Shown: in pieces, positions 44,824-54,212 of the stretch | Numbering within the stretch: position 1 is the first letter of the stretch | How the letters are laid out: the number at the start of each line of letters is the position of its first letter | DNA from: a virus | Taxonomy: Duplodnaviria; Heunggongvirae; Uroviricota; Caudoviricetes | Virus record (IMG/VR): IMGVR_UViG_3300028666_000028 | Location: 20,868 to 84,867 of that record | Strand: one strand, 5' to 3' | DNA length: 64,000 nt | Made by a program: the position numbers and the translations under genes | Notes under the pieces: model-generated | Seen by the model: the letters and a program-made list of their open reading frames with translations, nothing else | Told to the model about the DNA's origin: nothing | The model's database searches: none

Positions 44824-45263
44824 AAATCTAAATAGTACTCATTAAAGTTATTCTTAGTGCCTGTTAATTCAAATCCCAGTTTCTTATGTAAATGTATTGA
44901 TATATTATTATGTTTCAATACAGCTGATGTTAGACCAGTATATCCTTCTTCTTTAGCTAAGTAATATAAGGCAGCTTTAAGCATTATTTCAGCTAGTCCT
45001 TTACCTCTGTATTTAGATCCCATGTGAAAGCTCCACTCACCTATACTATCATCAGGATCTCTTGTAACAGATACATATCCTGCAGGATCTCCATTATATT
45101 CAAATACTAACTTAACTGCATTATTAAACTTAAATACAGCTTCATGTTCATTAAATGAAATAGGATTAGAAGTTTGAGCATGCTTTAATACTTCAGGGTC
45201 ATTTCTCCAGTCAAATGTTACTTGAAGATCTTTCTCTTCCATTGGTCGCAATTTCAGATCCAT
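44820..45263 (-). CDS. GNAT family N-acetyltransferase (147 aa)
   Basis: RimJ/RimL-like N-terminus (LRPMEEKDLQVTFDWRNDPEV). The acetyl-CoA motif is RGKGLAEIMLKAAL. Ends ...LHKKLGFEL. Confidence 0.65.
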   Translation of the reverse strand: MDLKLRPMEEKDLQVTFDWRNDPEVLKHAQTSNPISFNEHEAVFKFNNAVKLVFEYNGDPAGYVSVTRDPDDSIGEWSFHMGSKYRGKGLAEIMLKAALYYLAKEEGYTGLTSAVLKHNNISIHLHKKLGFELTGTKNNFNEYYLDL

Positions 45264-45264
45264 A

Positions 45265-45570
45265 TTAACTTTCTACTATATTCCAATTCTGTAAATCATC
45301 TTGTTTAATCTTAATAGTTTCACTAACTATTGTATCACCAGTCTGGACATTTACCCACCAGCCAGAAAGCTTATGAAATACACTTTCTTCATATGACATA
45401 GGATAAAAGTAAACAGTTCGCATATTCTTATGCTTAATCTTCAATATGTCATTATTATTGATTCTATGTTGCCATGCGACTTTTAATTCATTACTAGTCA
45501 TTTTTAGGTTTATCCTTCTTGGAAGGTTTAATAAATCTTTTAATACTACTAACATTTCCCTTTGTCTCAA
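45265..45570 (-). CDS. Hypothetical protein. The likely real start is the internal Met at about 45501 (MTSNELKVAWQ...)
   Basis: The annotated ORF overlaps the upstream gene by 77 nt. Weak similarity to the MNEL family N-terminus. Confidence 0.35.
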   Translation of the reverse strand: MRQREMLVVLKDLLNLPRRINLKMTSNELKVAWQHRINNNDILKIKHKNMRTVYFYPMSYEESVFHKLSGWWVNVQTGDTIVSETIKIKQDDLQNWNIVES

Positions 45571-45886
45571 CTTCTATAATACCTTCTTCAATCTCTTGAT
45601 AATATTTCTTAAGCTCATTAATTGTGTCTACATATTTACTTAGATCTAGATCTTTATTCATAGGTATTAATTCAAGGAAATTAATATCCATTTGAGGGGG
45701 ATAAAAGGTTCCCATTGAATTGGAACACATATACATTGGAATTATAACACCTTCTTGTTCATTATCAGGATTTATAACTTCAACAAGGCCTATAACATCA
45801 GCAGTTTCAAATACTACTTCATCTTTAATAGGATCATATACAACTGCCTTTTTAGGCGTAGGAGCTGGAATTATATTAATAATCAT
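45494..45886 (-). CDS. Hypothetical protein (130 aa)
   Basis: ORF overlapping RuvC by 4 nt (ATGA). Confidence 0.4.
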   Translation of the reverse strand: MIINIIPAPTPKKAVVYDPIKDEVVFETADVIGLVEVINPDNEQEGVIIPMYMCSNSMGTFYPPQMDINFLELIPMNKDLDLSKYVDTINELKKYYQEIEEGIIEVETKGNVSSIKRFIKPSKKDKPKND

Positions 45887-46515
45887 TTGATTAGGCCTCC
45901 AGTGATCTTTCCGTCACAAATAGGTGCATTCATTAAATAGGCTCTACCAAGGAGTACAGCAGCCGCTGCATCTTCTTCTTTGCGTCCAAATACAGTTCCG
46001 AATAGTTCATTGCATCGTCTAATGTAAGCGTCGTGTCTTGTAACTTTGCGGATTTTATTACCTTCTTCGTCTTTCCTGACTTGCCTTTTACCAGTCTTTT
46101 TTTTGAGCCTCTGGATTTTAGCGTTATTCGATTTTTCTTCTTTCGACATTTTTGCATCATTCATCCTTTTCCAGACTTCAGATCTGATATATACTATTTT
46201 ACTCTTTAAATTAGATAAAGTCAACAATAAAGTGTAATGTAGGAACTCTAGTTTCTTTTGGCTATAGTTCTGTCTAGAGGTTGTAGTCTCTTCTAAGACT
46301 ATCTTATCAAAATCATGAAAATTATAATTTAACTGATTGATATAACTAACTAATTTATTGATAGTATACTGACAAAACTTGATATAGTTAAAGGGATAAT
46401 CACCAAAGTCTTCTACAGTCATATCATTGAATACTGTAGATGCATGTAATAACTTATCATCTTTAAAAATGGCTACACCAGGCTTGGTCGATAAATCCAG
46501 GGATAAAATCAGCAT
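45883..46515 (-). CDS. RuvC-like Holliday junction resolvase (210 aa)
   Basis: MLILSLDLSTKPGVAIF is the RuvC motif I Asp. Also KIVLEETT (Glu) and C-terminal DAAAAVLLG. Confidence 0.6.
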   Translation of the reverse strand: MLILSLDLSTKPGVAIFKDDKLLHASTVFNDMTVEDFGDYPFNYIKFCQYTINKLVSYINQLNYNFHDFDKIVLEETTTSRQNYSQKKLEFLHYTLLLTLSNLKSKIVYIRSEVWKRMNDAKMSKEEKSNNAKIQRLKKKTGKRQVRKDEEGNKIRKVTRHDAYIRRCNELFGTVFGRKEEDAAAAVLLGRAYLMNAPICDGKITGGLIK

Positions 46516-47072
46516 TTATCGACCATTCCATGATTTTTTGCTATGGATTTTGCCCAGTTTATAAAATCATAAGTATGTACTTTCTTTTTTGCAAAATTAC
46601 ATGTTTTACAACAAGGTACACAATTTTCAATTAAATATCCTATGTTATTATCCATCCTATCTATACCATTATAGATATAAGGTCCATTAGTTCTACTATT
46701 TACATAGTTTTTAGATTTAGGGATTGTATTACAATAATAGCAATTTTTACTTGTTATATTTAAAAACTCTTCTTTTGACAAAAAGAATTCTAATCCTCTT
46801 AATTTAGCATGAGATTTATAAGTAGAATATAATGCATTTCCATTAGCTTTCCCCGGTGGCAAAGTTTTATCTTTTATATGTTTATTTCTAACTTCTTTTT
46901 CTAAACATCCACAAGATCTAGTATTACTGGAAATTAAGCATTGACTTCTAATAGATTTAAAATTTCCACAGTCACATTGACATGTCCACCATAATCTACC
47001 TTTTATATTTTCATAGTGATTAGTAACTAGAAGTCTACCGAATCTTTTATTAGTTAAATTAATCTTTTTCAT
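46509..47072 (-). CDS. HNH homing endonuclease (187 aa)
   Basis: NGIDRMDNNIGYLIENCVPCCKTCNFAKK (HNH with Cys ligands). N-terminal W.C.C.CGN zinc module shared with 52655..53149. Confidence 0.65.
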   Translation of the reverse strand: MKKINLTNKRFGRLLVTNHYENIKGRLWWTCQCDCGNFKSIRSQCLISSNTRSCGCLEKEVRNKHIKDKTLPPGKANGNALYSTYKSHAKLRGLEFFLSKEEFLNITSKNCYYCNTIPKSKNYVNSRTNGPYIYNGIDRMDNNIGYLIENCVPCCKTCNFAKKKVHTYDFINWAKSIAKNHGMVDKC

Positions 47073-47311
47073 TCTAACATACTTTTAATGAAATCTAAAC
47101 CAAATCTAGTAGATTCTTTATGAAGTTTTCCAATTCCATTATTTAACTTTGAGCTTTTCTTACTAACTTTTCCAGTAACATGTGGAGATACTTCTCTATC
47201 ATGTTTATTTATAATCCAATTAGGATCATCCATAATAACCCATGATCTATACTCACCATAGGGTTCTTTTGAATATATTATCTTATTATGCCTATAGTTA
47301 GTCATATACAC
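47069..47311 (-). CDS. Hypothetical protein (80 aa)
   Basis: ORF only. Confidence 0.35.
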   Translation of the reverse strand: MYMTNYRHNKIIYSKEPYGEYRSWVIMDDPNWIINKHDREVSPHVTGKVSKKSSKLNNGIGKLHKESTRFGLDFIKSMLE

Positions 47312-47528
47312 TACTATTTTTATTTAATAAGGCTATTAAATGATTTGCACCTTTATTATACTTAAATAAAGTATCAATAATTACAGGATCTATTCCTTTT
47401 GTAATTGTCCAATTTATATGCGAATGAGTATTTTTGGCACATTTAAAACCATTTTTATTTAATTCTTTATTATCAGAATTATTAACTAAAAATTGTATTG
47501 GATATCTACTAATCATCCATGAATCCAA
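47298..47528 (-). CDS. Hypothetical protein (76 aa)
   Basis: ORF only. Confidence 0.3.
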   Translation of the reverse strand: MDSWMISRYPIQFLVNNSDNKELNKNGFKCAKNTHSHINWTITKGIDPVIIDTLFKYNKGANHLIALLNKNSSVYD

Positions 47529-48537
47529 AGCCAGCTTTTTTAGGCTTAGTAAAATCTTTATTGAAACTTTGAGAATGAGCTATCAATTCTTTAACAACAG
47601 TATTAATAGATTTATTGTGTAATCGACTACGTATTACAATCTCTTGTAAATGAGCAATAGAAAAGTTTTCAGCACCTTTATTAATTTTACCATTAAGAGC
47701 TTCTTTTTCATCTTCTGTAAGTTCACGTTTAGCAAGAAACTTTACCAGGTCGATTCGTTCATCATAAGGAGGACTCACTATTTCAAGCATCATATCGAAT
47801 CGACCTGGTCTATCGGCAAGAGAGGCCATCAAGTTTTCAGGATGATTAGTTGTACTGAGAATAAGGGTAGGTATTTTAAATACGTTATTGATGCCATCTA
47901 ATAGGTTCAATAAACTACTACTTACTTCATCTCGACGACTGTATCCTTCATGAGAGCCTCCTCCAATGTCTTCAATAACTAAAATAAGCTTTGAGCATTC
48001 GGGAGTATATTCACTATAACTGGTAAAGAATTTAAATACATGACTGGCTTCTAGTTCAGAAGTAGGCCAGTTTATAATAACACAATTAGGATCTGCCTTT
48101 TGAAGATCCTTTGCTGCTTGTACAATTGAAACTGATTTACCTTGACCAGGTTTACCGTATAATAATACACCTCGTTTTTTAGGCTGTTTAAGTTCTTCAT
48201 AAATATGAAGATTATTAAAAAAGATATTAGCTTCATCTAAAATGTTTTTAGTGTTAGTAATAGAAGTCAATAGTTCCTTTTCTACAAATTCCATAGGCTG
48301 TACTTCAATACCTGCCATACCTTTAGCTAGATTATAAGCACCTGGTTTAATAGTAACATTTTTCTGAGTTTCATTACGTTTATATTCATACTGAAGGAGA
48401 TAATCATCTGCTTGAATAGAAAGATCAGATTCTGGGATAAAGCTTTCTTTATTAAGAGCAGCTTCTTTAAGATTAGTAATTTTCTTTAAATGAAAACCTG
48501 ATTCTTGTTTATCAGTTGTGGATGGCGAAGTAGTCAT
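47509..48537 (-). CDS. Classic-clade AAA ATPase (342 aa), no fused protease domain
   Basis: Walker A is RGVLLYGKPGQGKS and Walker B is LILVIEDIGG. The second region of homology, LADRPGRFDMM, is the RPGRFD arginine-finger motif typical of the FtsH/Cdc48/proteasomal AAA clade. Confidence 0.75.
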   Translation of the reverse strand: MTTSPSTTDKQESGFHLKKITNLKEAALNKESFIPESDLSIQADDYLLQYEYKRNETQKNVTIKPGAYNLAKGMAGIEVQPMEFVEKELLTSITNTKNILDEANIFFNNLHIYEELKQPKKRGVLLYGKPGQGKSVSIVQAAKDLQKADPNCVIINWPTSELEASHVFKFFTSYSEYTPECSKLILVIEDIGGGSHEGYSRRDEVSSSLLNLLDGINNVFKIPTLILSTTNHPENLMASLADRPGRFDMMLEIVSPPYDERIDLVKFLAKRELTEDEKEALNGKINKGAENFSIAHLQEIVIRSRLHNKSINTVVKELIAHSQSFNKDFTKPKKAGFGFMDD

Positions 48538-48745
48538 GATTATTTATATCCTCTTTATTTATAAAAATATCTTTTTTATTAATATAACTAAAACTATTTT
48601 CATATGGATTTTTCTTCTGTGCACATGATATCCAATATGTTTCTTTATCAGCGGCCATATCTTCTTTTTCTACTTTGAAACTGTCATCAGATATACTAGA
48701 ATGTACTTCAATTTTATTAAGTGTACCGATTCTTACTCTACGCAT
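48512..48745 (-). CDS. Hypothetical protein (77 aa)
   Basis: ORF only. Confidence 0.3.
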   Translation of the reverse strand: MRRVRIGTLNKIEVHSSISDDSFKVEKEDMAADKETYWISCAQKKNPYENSFSYINKKDIFINKEDINNHDYFAIHN

Positions 48746-48783
48746 ATATTATTATATCATTAAAATACTGTGATGTCAAGTAC

Positions 48784-49104
48784 TTAATCTGGATACAATT
48801 TACCTGGTGTATTATTACAATTTAGAATATTATGCATTAACTCATCGAAATTCCTCATATATCTAGGTTCAAAAGTAAAAGCATTAGTAGATTTAGCTAT
48901 ATAGTCAATAAAATCATCTATCCAAAATTGATCATTAAACTCTAAACCATGCATCATTTCACGAGAGATATTAATACATTGATATGTATTTGCTGAAGTA
49001 TTGACAATTGTAATATGATCTTGCATTATACGAACTTCGTGCCCTGGTTTTGTACATTCTTTTAATATAGCTTCCAAAGTATTAGACTGCACTAGAAACT
49101 CCAT
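48784..49104 (-). CDS. Hypothetical protein (106 aa)
   Basis: ORF only. Confidence 0.4.
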   Translation of the reverse strand: MEFLVQSNTLEAILKECTKPGHEVRIMQDHITIVNTSANTYQCINISREMMHGLEFNDQFWIDDFIDYIAKSTNAFTFEPRYMRNFDELMHNILNCNNTPGKLYPD

Positions 49105-50782
49105 CTTTTAACTGGACTTTAAAGACATTATTTACAATGTTCTTAATAATTGAATTATGCTCAATTATTACTGTACTACCACTCATTTTTTGCAATAATT
49201 CAATAACTTTACCCATTGACTCTTCACTAAGATCTTTAAAGGATTCATCTAAGATCCTGATATTAATAGGATTTTTAGATCTTTGGGATACTATATCAGA
49301 TAATGCAAAGTCTACTGCCAATTGAACGCGTCTAAATTGACCTCCAGATAATAACCCTAGACTTCTTTCTTGATTATCTAACATTACTGTGGTCTTAATC
49401 TTACTGATTTCACCTTCTTCTGAAATGTTATCAAATGTTATACTACAAGGCAAATCAAATAGATTCATCAAATACTTGTTAGTCCTATCATTAAGCTCTT
49501 GTAAGAGTGATTTGAATACATGTGATTTGATCTCTTTAAACCCTTCTTTTAGGAAATCTAAATATTGACTTTCCTTAGTCTTTTTATCAAGTTCTTCTTT
49601 TACAATGACTTTTTCCTTATTGAGTTTTTCTAAGCTTTTAGTTAACTCAATGATCTTTTCTAGATAAGGATTATTCATAGATTCTATATCAGTAACTTGC
49701 TTACTAACTTCTTTCATTTTATCTCTTAAGTGAGATATCTTCATTACTAGTATATCATTAGCATAATTTTTATCTAATAAAATCTGATGTTCTTCTTTAA
49801 GTGTTTCTACTTGTTCTGTTAAAGTAATAGCTACTTCCTTTAAATGAGTATCATCTTCTATATCTATATGAGGTCTTGGCATACCTGCTATATTTTGACC
49901 GCAAGTAGGACAGTTATTAGATTCTAGGATAGTATGCTGTTGAGCTTTTAATTGATTTATATGATACATCTTTTGATAGATTTCATTTAGAACAGATTGT
50001 TTTTCTTCTATTTCTTTTGCTTTATCGGGTATACTATCTAGATTAGTAATTGATTTTAATTCTAATTCAGCTTGATTATATTCTTGATGTATTTTATCAC
50101 TGGATTCAATTATCCTATCTAACTTAGCTAATTTATCTGAATCAAAATTATCACTAAGTTTAGAGAAAGTTTCTAGCTCACCCTTAACTAAGCTAGATAT
50201 TCCTTCTTTATGTAAATATGAATTTGAAAGAGAAATTAAATCTATTTTGATTTGTTTGAGTTTATCTGCAGTTTTTTTACCTGCTCTATCGAAGATACTA
50301 AGATCTTGTAACTCTGAAAAGATTTTAGCTTTATCTTCTTGAGAAGCTGTAATAAACTTGTTACTATAATTTTGAGCAAAATACACAGAGTTACAGAAAG
50401 TGCTAAAAGACATACCAATAAGTGAATTAATAAGAGCTTGAGTTTCTCTCGCATCTTTACCTACTTCCTTAGATTCTGAATCATTATGTCCTATATAAAG
50501 TTGATTAGGTTTACGCGAACGAACAATATATGTACCATCTTCTAATTCAACTTCTACAATACAAGACTTTTGTCCGGTTCTAATAACATCATCAATATTA
50601 ACATCACGACTAGATTGACCGTATATGCACCATACAAGTGCTTCAAATATACTTGATTTACCTGATCCTTCACTAGAACCATCATCTAGATTTTCACCGG
50701 AGATGAGAGTAACTCCAGATTTGAAGTCAAACTCTAACTTCTCCCATGAGAAAAAATTATTAGCTTTTATACTACGAAACAT
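49082..50782 (-). CDS. SbcC/Rad50-like ATPase (566 aa)
   Basis: N-terminal Walker A (GENLDDGSSEGSGKSS), central coiled coil with a CPTCGQ zinc hook, C-terminal LSGGQFRRVQL signature and Walker B (IRILDE). Confidence 0.7.
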   Translation of the reverse strand: MFRSIKANNFFSWEKLEFDFKSGVTLISGENLDDGSSEGSGKSSIFEALVWCIYGQSSRDVNIDDVIRTGQKSCIVEVELEDGTYIVRSRKPNQLYIGHNDSESKEVGKDARETQALINSLIGMSFSTFCNSVYFAQNYSNKFITASQEDKAKIFSELQDLSIFDRAGKKTADKLKQIKIDLISLSNSYLHKEGISSLVKGELETFSKLSDNFDSDKLAKLDRIIESSDKIHQEYNQAELELKSITNLDSIPDKAKEIEEKQSVLNEIYQKMYHINQLKAQQHTILESNNCPTCGQNIAGMPRPHIDIEDDTHLKEVAITLTEQVETLKEEHQILLDKNYANDILVMKISHLRDKMKEVSKQVTDIESMNNPYLEKIIELTKSLEKLNKEKVIVKEELDKKTKESQYLDFLKEGFKEIKSHVFKSLLQELNDRTNKYLMNLFDLPCSITFDNISEEGEISKIKTTVMLDNQERSLGLLSGGQFRRVQLAVDFALSDIVSQRSKNPINIRILDESFKDLSEESMGKVIELLQKMSGSTVIIEHNSIIKNIVNNVFKVQLKDGVSSAV

Positions 50783-51710
50783 CTTTAAGTATATCCAATC
50801 CTAATTGATATAATTCTTCACTAGTTTCTTTTTTAATCTCTTTAAACCAGTTAGTATACATATCTTCAGGGCTTTGCGTTTCTCTTATAATAGATTTACT
50901 GGGGCCAACTCTAGGGCATTCTATAAACTTTATACCTGGATATTTACTTCTATCAAATTCAGCTACTTGTTCTCGGCTACCAATTAACAAAACTCTATTA
51001 TGGTCATAAAAGTCAATAGGATCTAATACTTCATGGCCTAAATGAAATTCAACCGTCATATGTTTAGGGAAGTCTGTCTTAATAAGCTCTAGACTTCCAT
51101 CTGAATCATAAAATATACCTAGATACTTTTGTTGATTACTTTCACCAAAGCTATGACTAAAAGGAGTACCTAAATAGGTCAAATTATCTTTAACTTGATA
51201 AGTATGAAAATGACCGCTTATAACTTTATCGAATCTTTTAACTTCACTTATGTCCATGTCATTCTCAGCTATAAATCCATTACCGTAATCGCATCCATTG
51301 ACTCCTTGATGCATAAATAGATATTTTGGTAGTTCATAGGGTGCAATTGACGCTCTAAAATCCTCTATACGAGCAAAATAAGGTACGAATAGGGTCTTAC
51401 CTTCAAAGTATGGCCGATCTACGACTGTAACGTTGTTTAGAGCTTTTAGAGCTTCAAGGGCATGCTGGGTACATTCTGACGAGGTATAATCATGGTTACC
51501 TACTAGAATTATATGTTTAAGGTTAGAATTACGAAAATAATGAATATAAGCGTTTAAACATTGTGCTCTAATAATATCCTTGGTATCCAGTAGATCTCCA
51601 AGCCATACGTTAGTTAATCCCTTAGCTTCAACTAAATTAAATAGCTTTTCAATCTTATACAGATTATCAGGCTTACAATGTGGATCTCCAATTATAAGAT
51701 ATTCACTCAT
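50772..51710 (-). CDS. SbcD/Mre11-like nuclease (312 aa)
   Basis: Metallophosphoesterase motifs GDPH, GDLLD, GNHD, MHQG and GHFH. Adjacent to the SbcC-like gene, in T4 gp46/gp47-type order. Confidence 0.75.
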   Translation of the reverse strand: MSEYLIIGDPHCKPDNLYKIEKLFNLVEAKGLTNVWLGDLLDTKDIIRAQCLNAYIHYFRNSNLKHIILVGNHDYTSSECTQHALEALKALNNVTVVDRPYFEGKTLFVPYFARIEDFRASIAPYELPKYLFMHQGVNGCDYGNGFIAENDMDISEVKRFDKVISGHFHTYQVKDNLTYLGTPFSHSFGESNQQKYLGIFYDSDGSLELIKTDFPKHMTVEFHLGHEVLDPIDFYDHNRVLLIGSREQVAEFDRSKYPGIKFIECPRVGPSKSIIRETQSPEDMYTNWFKEIKKETSEELYQLGLDILKDVS

Positions 51711-51791
51711 TTATATCCTCATTATCTATATCTTTAAGACTACCGAATCCTATACCTAGTATAAAAACCAATATATAACTTATAACAAGAA

Positions 51792-52667
51792 TCATTCTTC
51801 AGCTTCTGACTCTCCACCCACAAGCTTCATACCATCTGCTGTACAATCCAGTTGAATCTTCTTTTGTAATGGAGCATCTCCTAACAAATGATTCTTATAA
51901 AGAGTCCATTGAGCTCTAGCACCATATCTTACTTGTTCACCTTTAACGGTTTTCTCTAACCATTTAAATCTACTAGTTTGAAAGGTAAGTGCACTAAAGA
52001 AGTCTACAGCATTACCACCTGCATTAGTACGTCCAGGTGAACCCATATTAGCATAAGTTTGATTGATAACTAAGATATGAATCTTATCTCTGTTAAGCTT
52101 AGGAACAAGTCTTCTAAAGCCTCGTTTATTTACCTTAGCTGCAAGTCCCATTTGTAAACTATCATCTACATCTGTTGATGCTTCTGCTCTTGCCGGAGTA
52201 TTACCAAGGCTATCGAAAATAATAAGAACTCTACCATCTGGATCAGCATCTTTAATATACTCCAAGTATTTGTCTATTCCATCGTATGCATCTTCTAAGT
52301 AATCAGGTCTAATCAAAGCAATCTGTTCAGGATCTACTCCTCTGACAATCAAACGAGCACCAGTAGTTTTCTTCTCAGTATCTACTAAAATAACATGTAC
52401 ACCTTGAGCTTGGGCATTTTTCATAGCCTCAATGGCGAATGAGGTCTTACCTGAATCAGTGTTACCTGCTATCATAAATATATAACCAAATGGTAGTCCA
52501 AGTACGCCAGTAGCTTCTTTGAACCACGGATCTAATACTACAAAATCTTCAGGCTTAGAAGGAGTAATGATATCAGAACCAGTTCCGAATACAGACGCTC
52601 CACGTTTGTCATCTTTAAAAGACTTTCTTATCTTTGCACTGATTTCTTTCAAGTCTATTTTTGACAT
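51792..52667 (-). CDS. RecA-superfamily ATPase, Sak4/RadA-like recombination protein candidate (291 aa)
   Basis: Walker A is IAGNTDSGKTSFA and Walker B is VLIIFDSLGN. Size and context next to SbcCD fit phage Sak4-type annealing proteins. Confidence 0.45.
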   Translation of the reverse strand: MSKIDLKEISAKIRKSFKDDKRGASVFGTGSDIITPSKPEDFVVLDPWFKEATGVLGLPFGYIFMIAGNTDSGKTSFAIEAMKNAQAQGVHVILVDTEKKTTGARLIVRGVDPEQIALIRPDYLEDAYDGIDKYLEYIKDADPDGRVLIIFDSLGNTPARAEASTDVDDSLQMGLAAKVNKRGFRRLVPKLNRDKIHILVINQTYANMGSPGRTNAGGNAVDFFSALTFQTSRFKWLEKTVKGEQVRYGARAQWTLYKNHLLGDAPLQKKIQLDCTADGMKLVGGESEAEE

Positions 52668-53149
52668 TTTCTTGATCTCCTGTTATTAGCTTGCTCTTTA
52701 GGAGTAGCCCATCTAATATTACCCGGTTGATAGTTACCATCTGAATCTATTCTATCTATACTATGATATTTAGTTGGGGGTTCACCTATATAATCGTAAA
52801 ATGTTTCAAATGAATTTAACCATTCTTTACAAACTTTAATTCCTCTACCACCATAATTATCATAATTTGTATGAGCTTTTCTATAACATCTATTTTTCAT
52901 ACCTTGCCAAGCTCTATATGGTTTAGTATAAGTCATATTATGTGTAATTTTAATATCTCTTCTTATGCATCCACATGATCTAACACGTTTTCTAGTTAAA
53001 TCAACAGTTGAAGTTATAACTATATTATTACATTTACAAATACATTTCCATAAATTTCTTTTGGGTAGCGTATTTGTAACACCTACATGTTTTACAACTG
53101 TTAAGTATGTAAATATTTGATTAATTAAATTTTTACCTTTACATATCAT
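52655..53149 (-). CDS. HNH homing endonuclease (164 aa)
   Basis: HSIDRIDSDGNYQPGNIRWATPKEQANN (HNH). N-terminal W.C.C.C / RSCGC module paralogous to 46509..47072. Confidence 0.65.
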   Translation of the reverse strand: MICKGKNLINQIFTYLTVVKHVGVTNTLPKRNLWKCICKCNNIVITSTVDLTRKRVRSCGCIRRDIKITHNMTYTKPYRAWQGMKNRCYRKAHTNYDNYGGRGIKVCKEWLNSFETFYDYIGEPPTKYHSIDRIDSDGNYQPGNIRWATPKEQANNRRSRKCQK

Positions 53150-53522
53150 TTTTCATCATACTTCTATATAAAAGATGTGCATTTAAAAATATATCTTGAT
53201 AGGTTTTGATTAGCAATAATTTATTGTCTAATGTTTCTACTTCTTCTTTAATTCCTAGATAAGCAGGATTAGCTTTGGCAGATACTTCTCTAGCTTTGGC
53301 GTCTCCGGCTTTCTGAATAGACAAAGAACTATTAAACTCAACTGCTAGTAAAGAATCTTTCTTTACTTTGTGATTAAGAAGGTTGTCGCGTAATGCTGCT
53401 AGTTTGGTAAGAGCCACTAAGAACTTGCTAGCTTTAACTTCAGACTGATCATTCATACTCTTAGCATCAGTAGGTAAAAGATCGAGATAAGGTCCAATGA
53501 GTTTATCTATTTGTTCTTGCAT
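53139..53522 (-). CDS. Hypothetical protein (127 aa). Distal gene of the SPFH operon
   Basis: Helical protein. TAATG-coupled to the upstream small ORF. Confidence 0.4.
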   Translation of the reverse strand: MQEQIDKLIGPYLDLLPTDAKSMNDQSEVKASKFLVALTKLAALRDNLLNHKVKKDSLLAVEFNSSLSIQKAGDAKAREVSAKANPAYLGIKEEVETLDNKLLLIKTYQDIFLNAHLLYRSMMKNDM

Positions 53523-53695
53523 TACTTTTCTCCTGAATTAATTAATTGAATAGCAGATTTAATAGCTTGTAATGATATATTATAAGCATCAGGAACTACA
53601 TTATGCTCAGCTTCATATTTACCCTTACATTCTGAAAATGTCATTAATGCATACAATAGATCAGCAGTAGCTAAGTTTTTAGCCTGTTGTTTCAT
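53522..53695 (-). CDS. Small protein (57 aa) in the SPFH operon
   Basis: MKQQAKNLATADLLYALMTFSECKG... Below the ORF-track cutoff. Overlapping ATGA (start) and TAATG (stop) junctions. Confidence 0.3.
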   Translation of the reverse strand: MKQQAKNLATADLLYALMTFSECKGKYEAEHNVVPDAYNISLQAIKSAIQLINSGEK

Positions 53696-53768
53696 TTACT
53701 AAATGCTGCCCATATAATAAGAGGTGTTAATACACAAAGCATTGCTATACAAAATGAATTGATTTCCA

Positions 53769-54212
53769 TTAAAACTCCAGTCTTAAATAAAGTCCACCTG
53801 AAGGAGCAGTCGGTGTAATATCAGCTTCTCCTCCTAACCAGAATGGTCCTAGTAATCTTCTTTCAGCACCAACTCTAGGATATGGCTTACTTAGATTAGT
53901 CATATCTTTAACAGCACCTACTTTAAGCGCCCATTGTGGCGAAGTCTTTTCTTTGTCAACTGTTTTTTCTTTAATAGTTTCAGTTGACGTATCTTTCTTT
54001 TGAATGGTTTCGATCTTTTCTTCGATGACTTTACCAGTTTGTGGGTCAAATTTCTTAGTAATTGTTTGATCATTTTCAGTATTGACATCTTTTTTGGTAT
54101 CCGTTTTATTAGTTATTTTTACAATATTTGGAGCAAAATAGTATCCTAGCCCAAGTCCAAGAGCTAGGATTAACAATGCTGCTAATATTTGTTTACTTAG
54201 ACTTAAGTTCAT
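53769..54212 (-). CDS. Membrane-anchored protein (147 aa) downstream of SPFH. Possible NfeD-like partner
   Basis: N-terminal transmembrane segment (ILAALLILALGLGLGYYFAP). 20-nt overlap with the SPFH gene. Confidence 0.45.
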   Translation of the reverse strand: MNLSLSKQILAALLILALGLGLGYYFAPNIVKITNKTDTKKDVNTENDQTITKKFDPQTGKVIEEKIETIQKKDTSTETIKEKTVDKEKTSPQWALKVGAVKDMTNLSKPYPRVGAERRLLGPFWLGGEADITPTAPSGGLYLRLEF

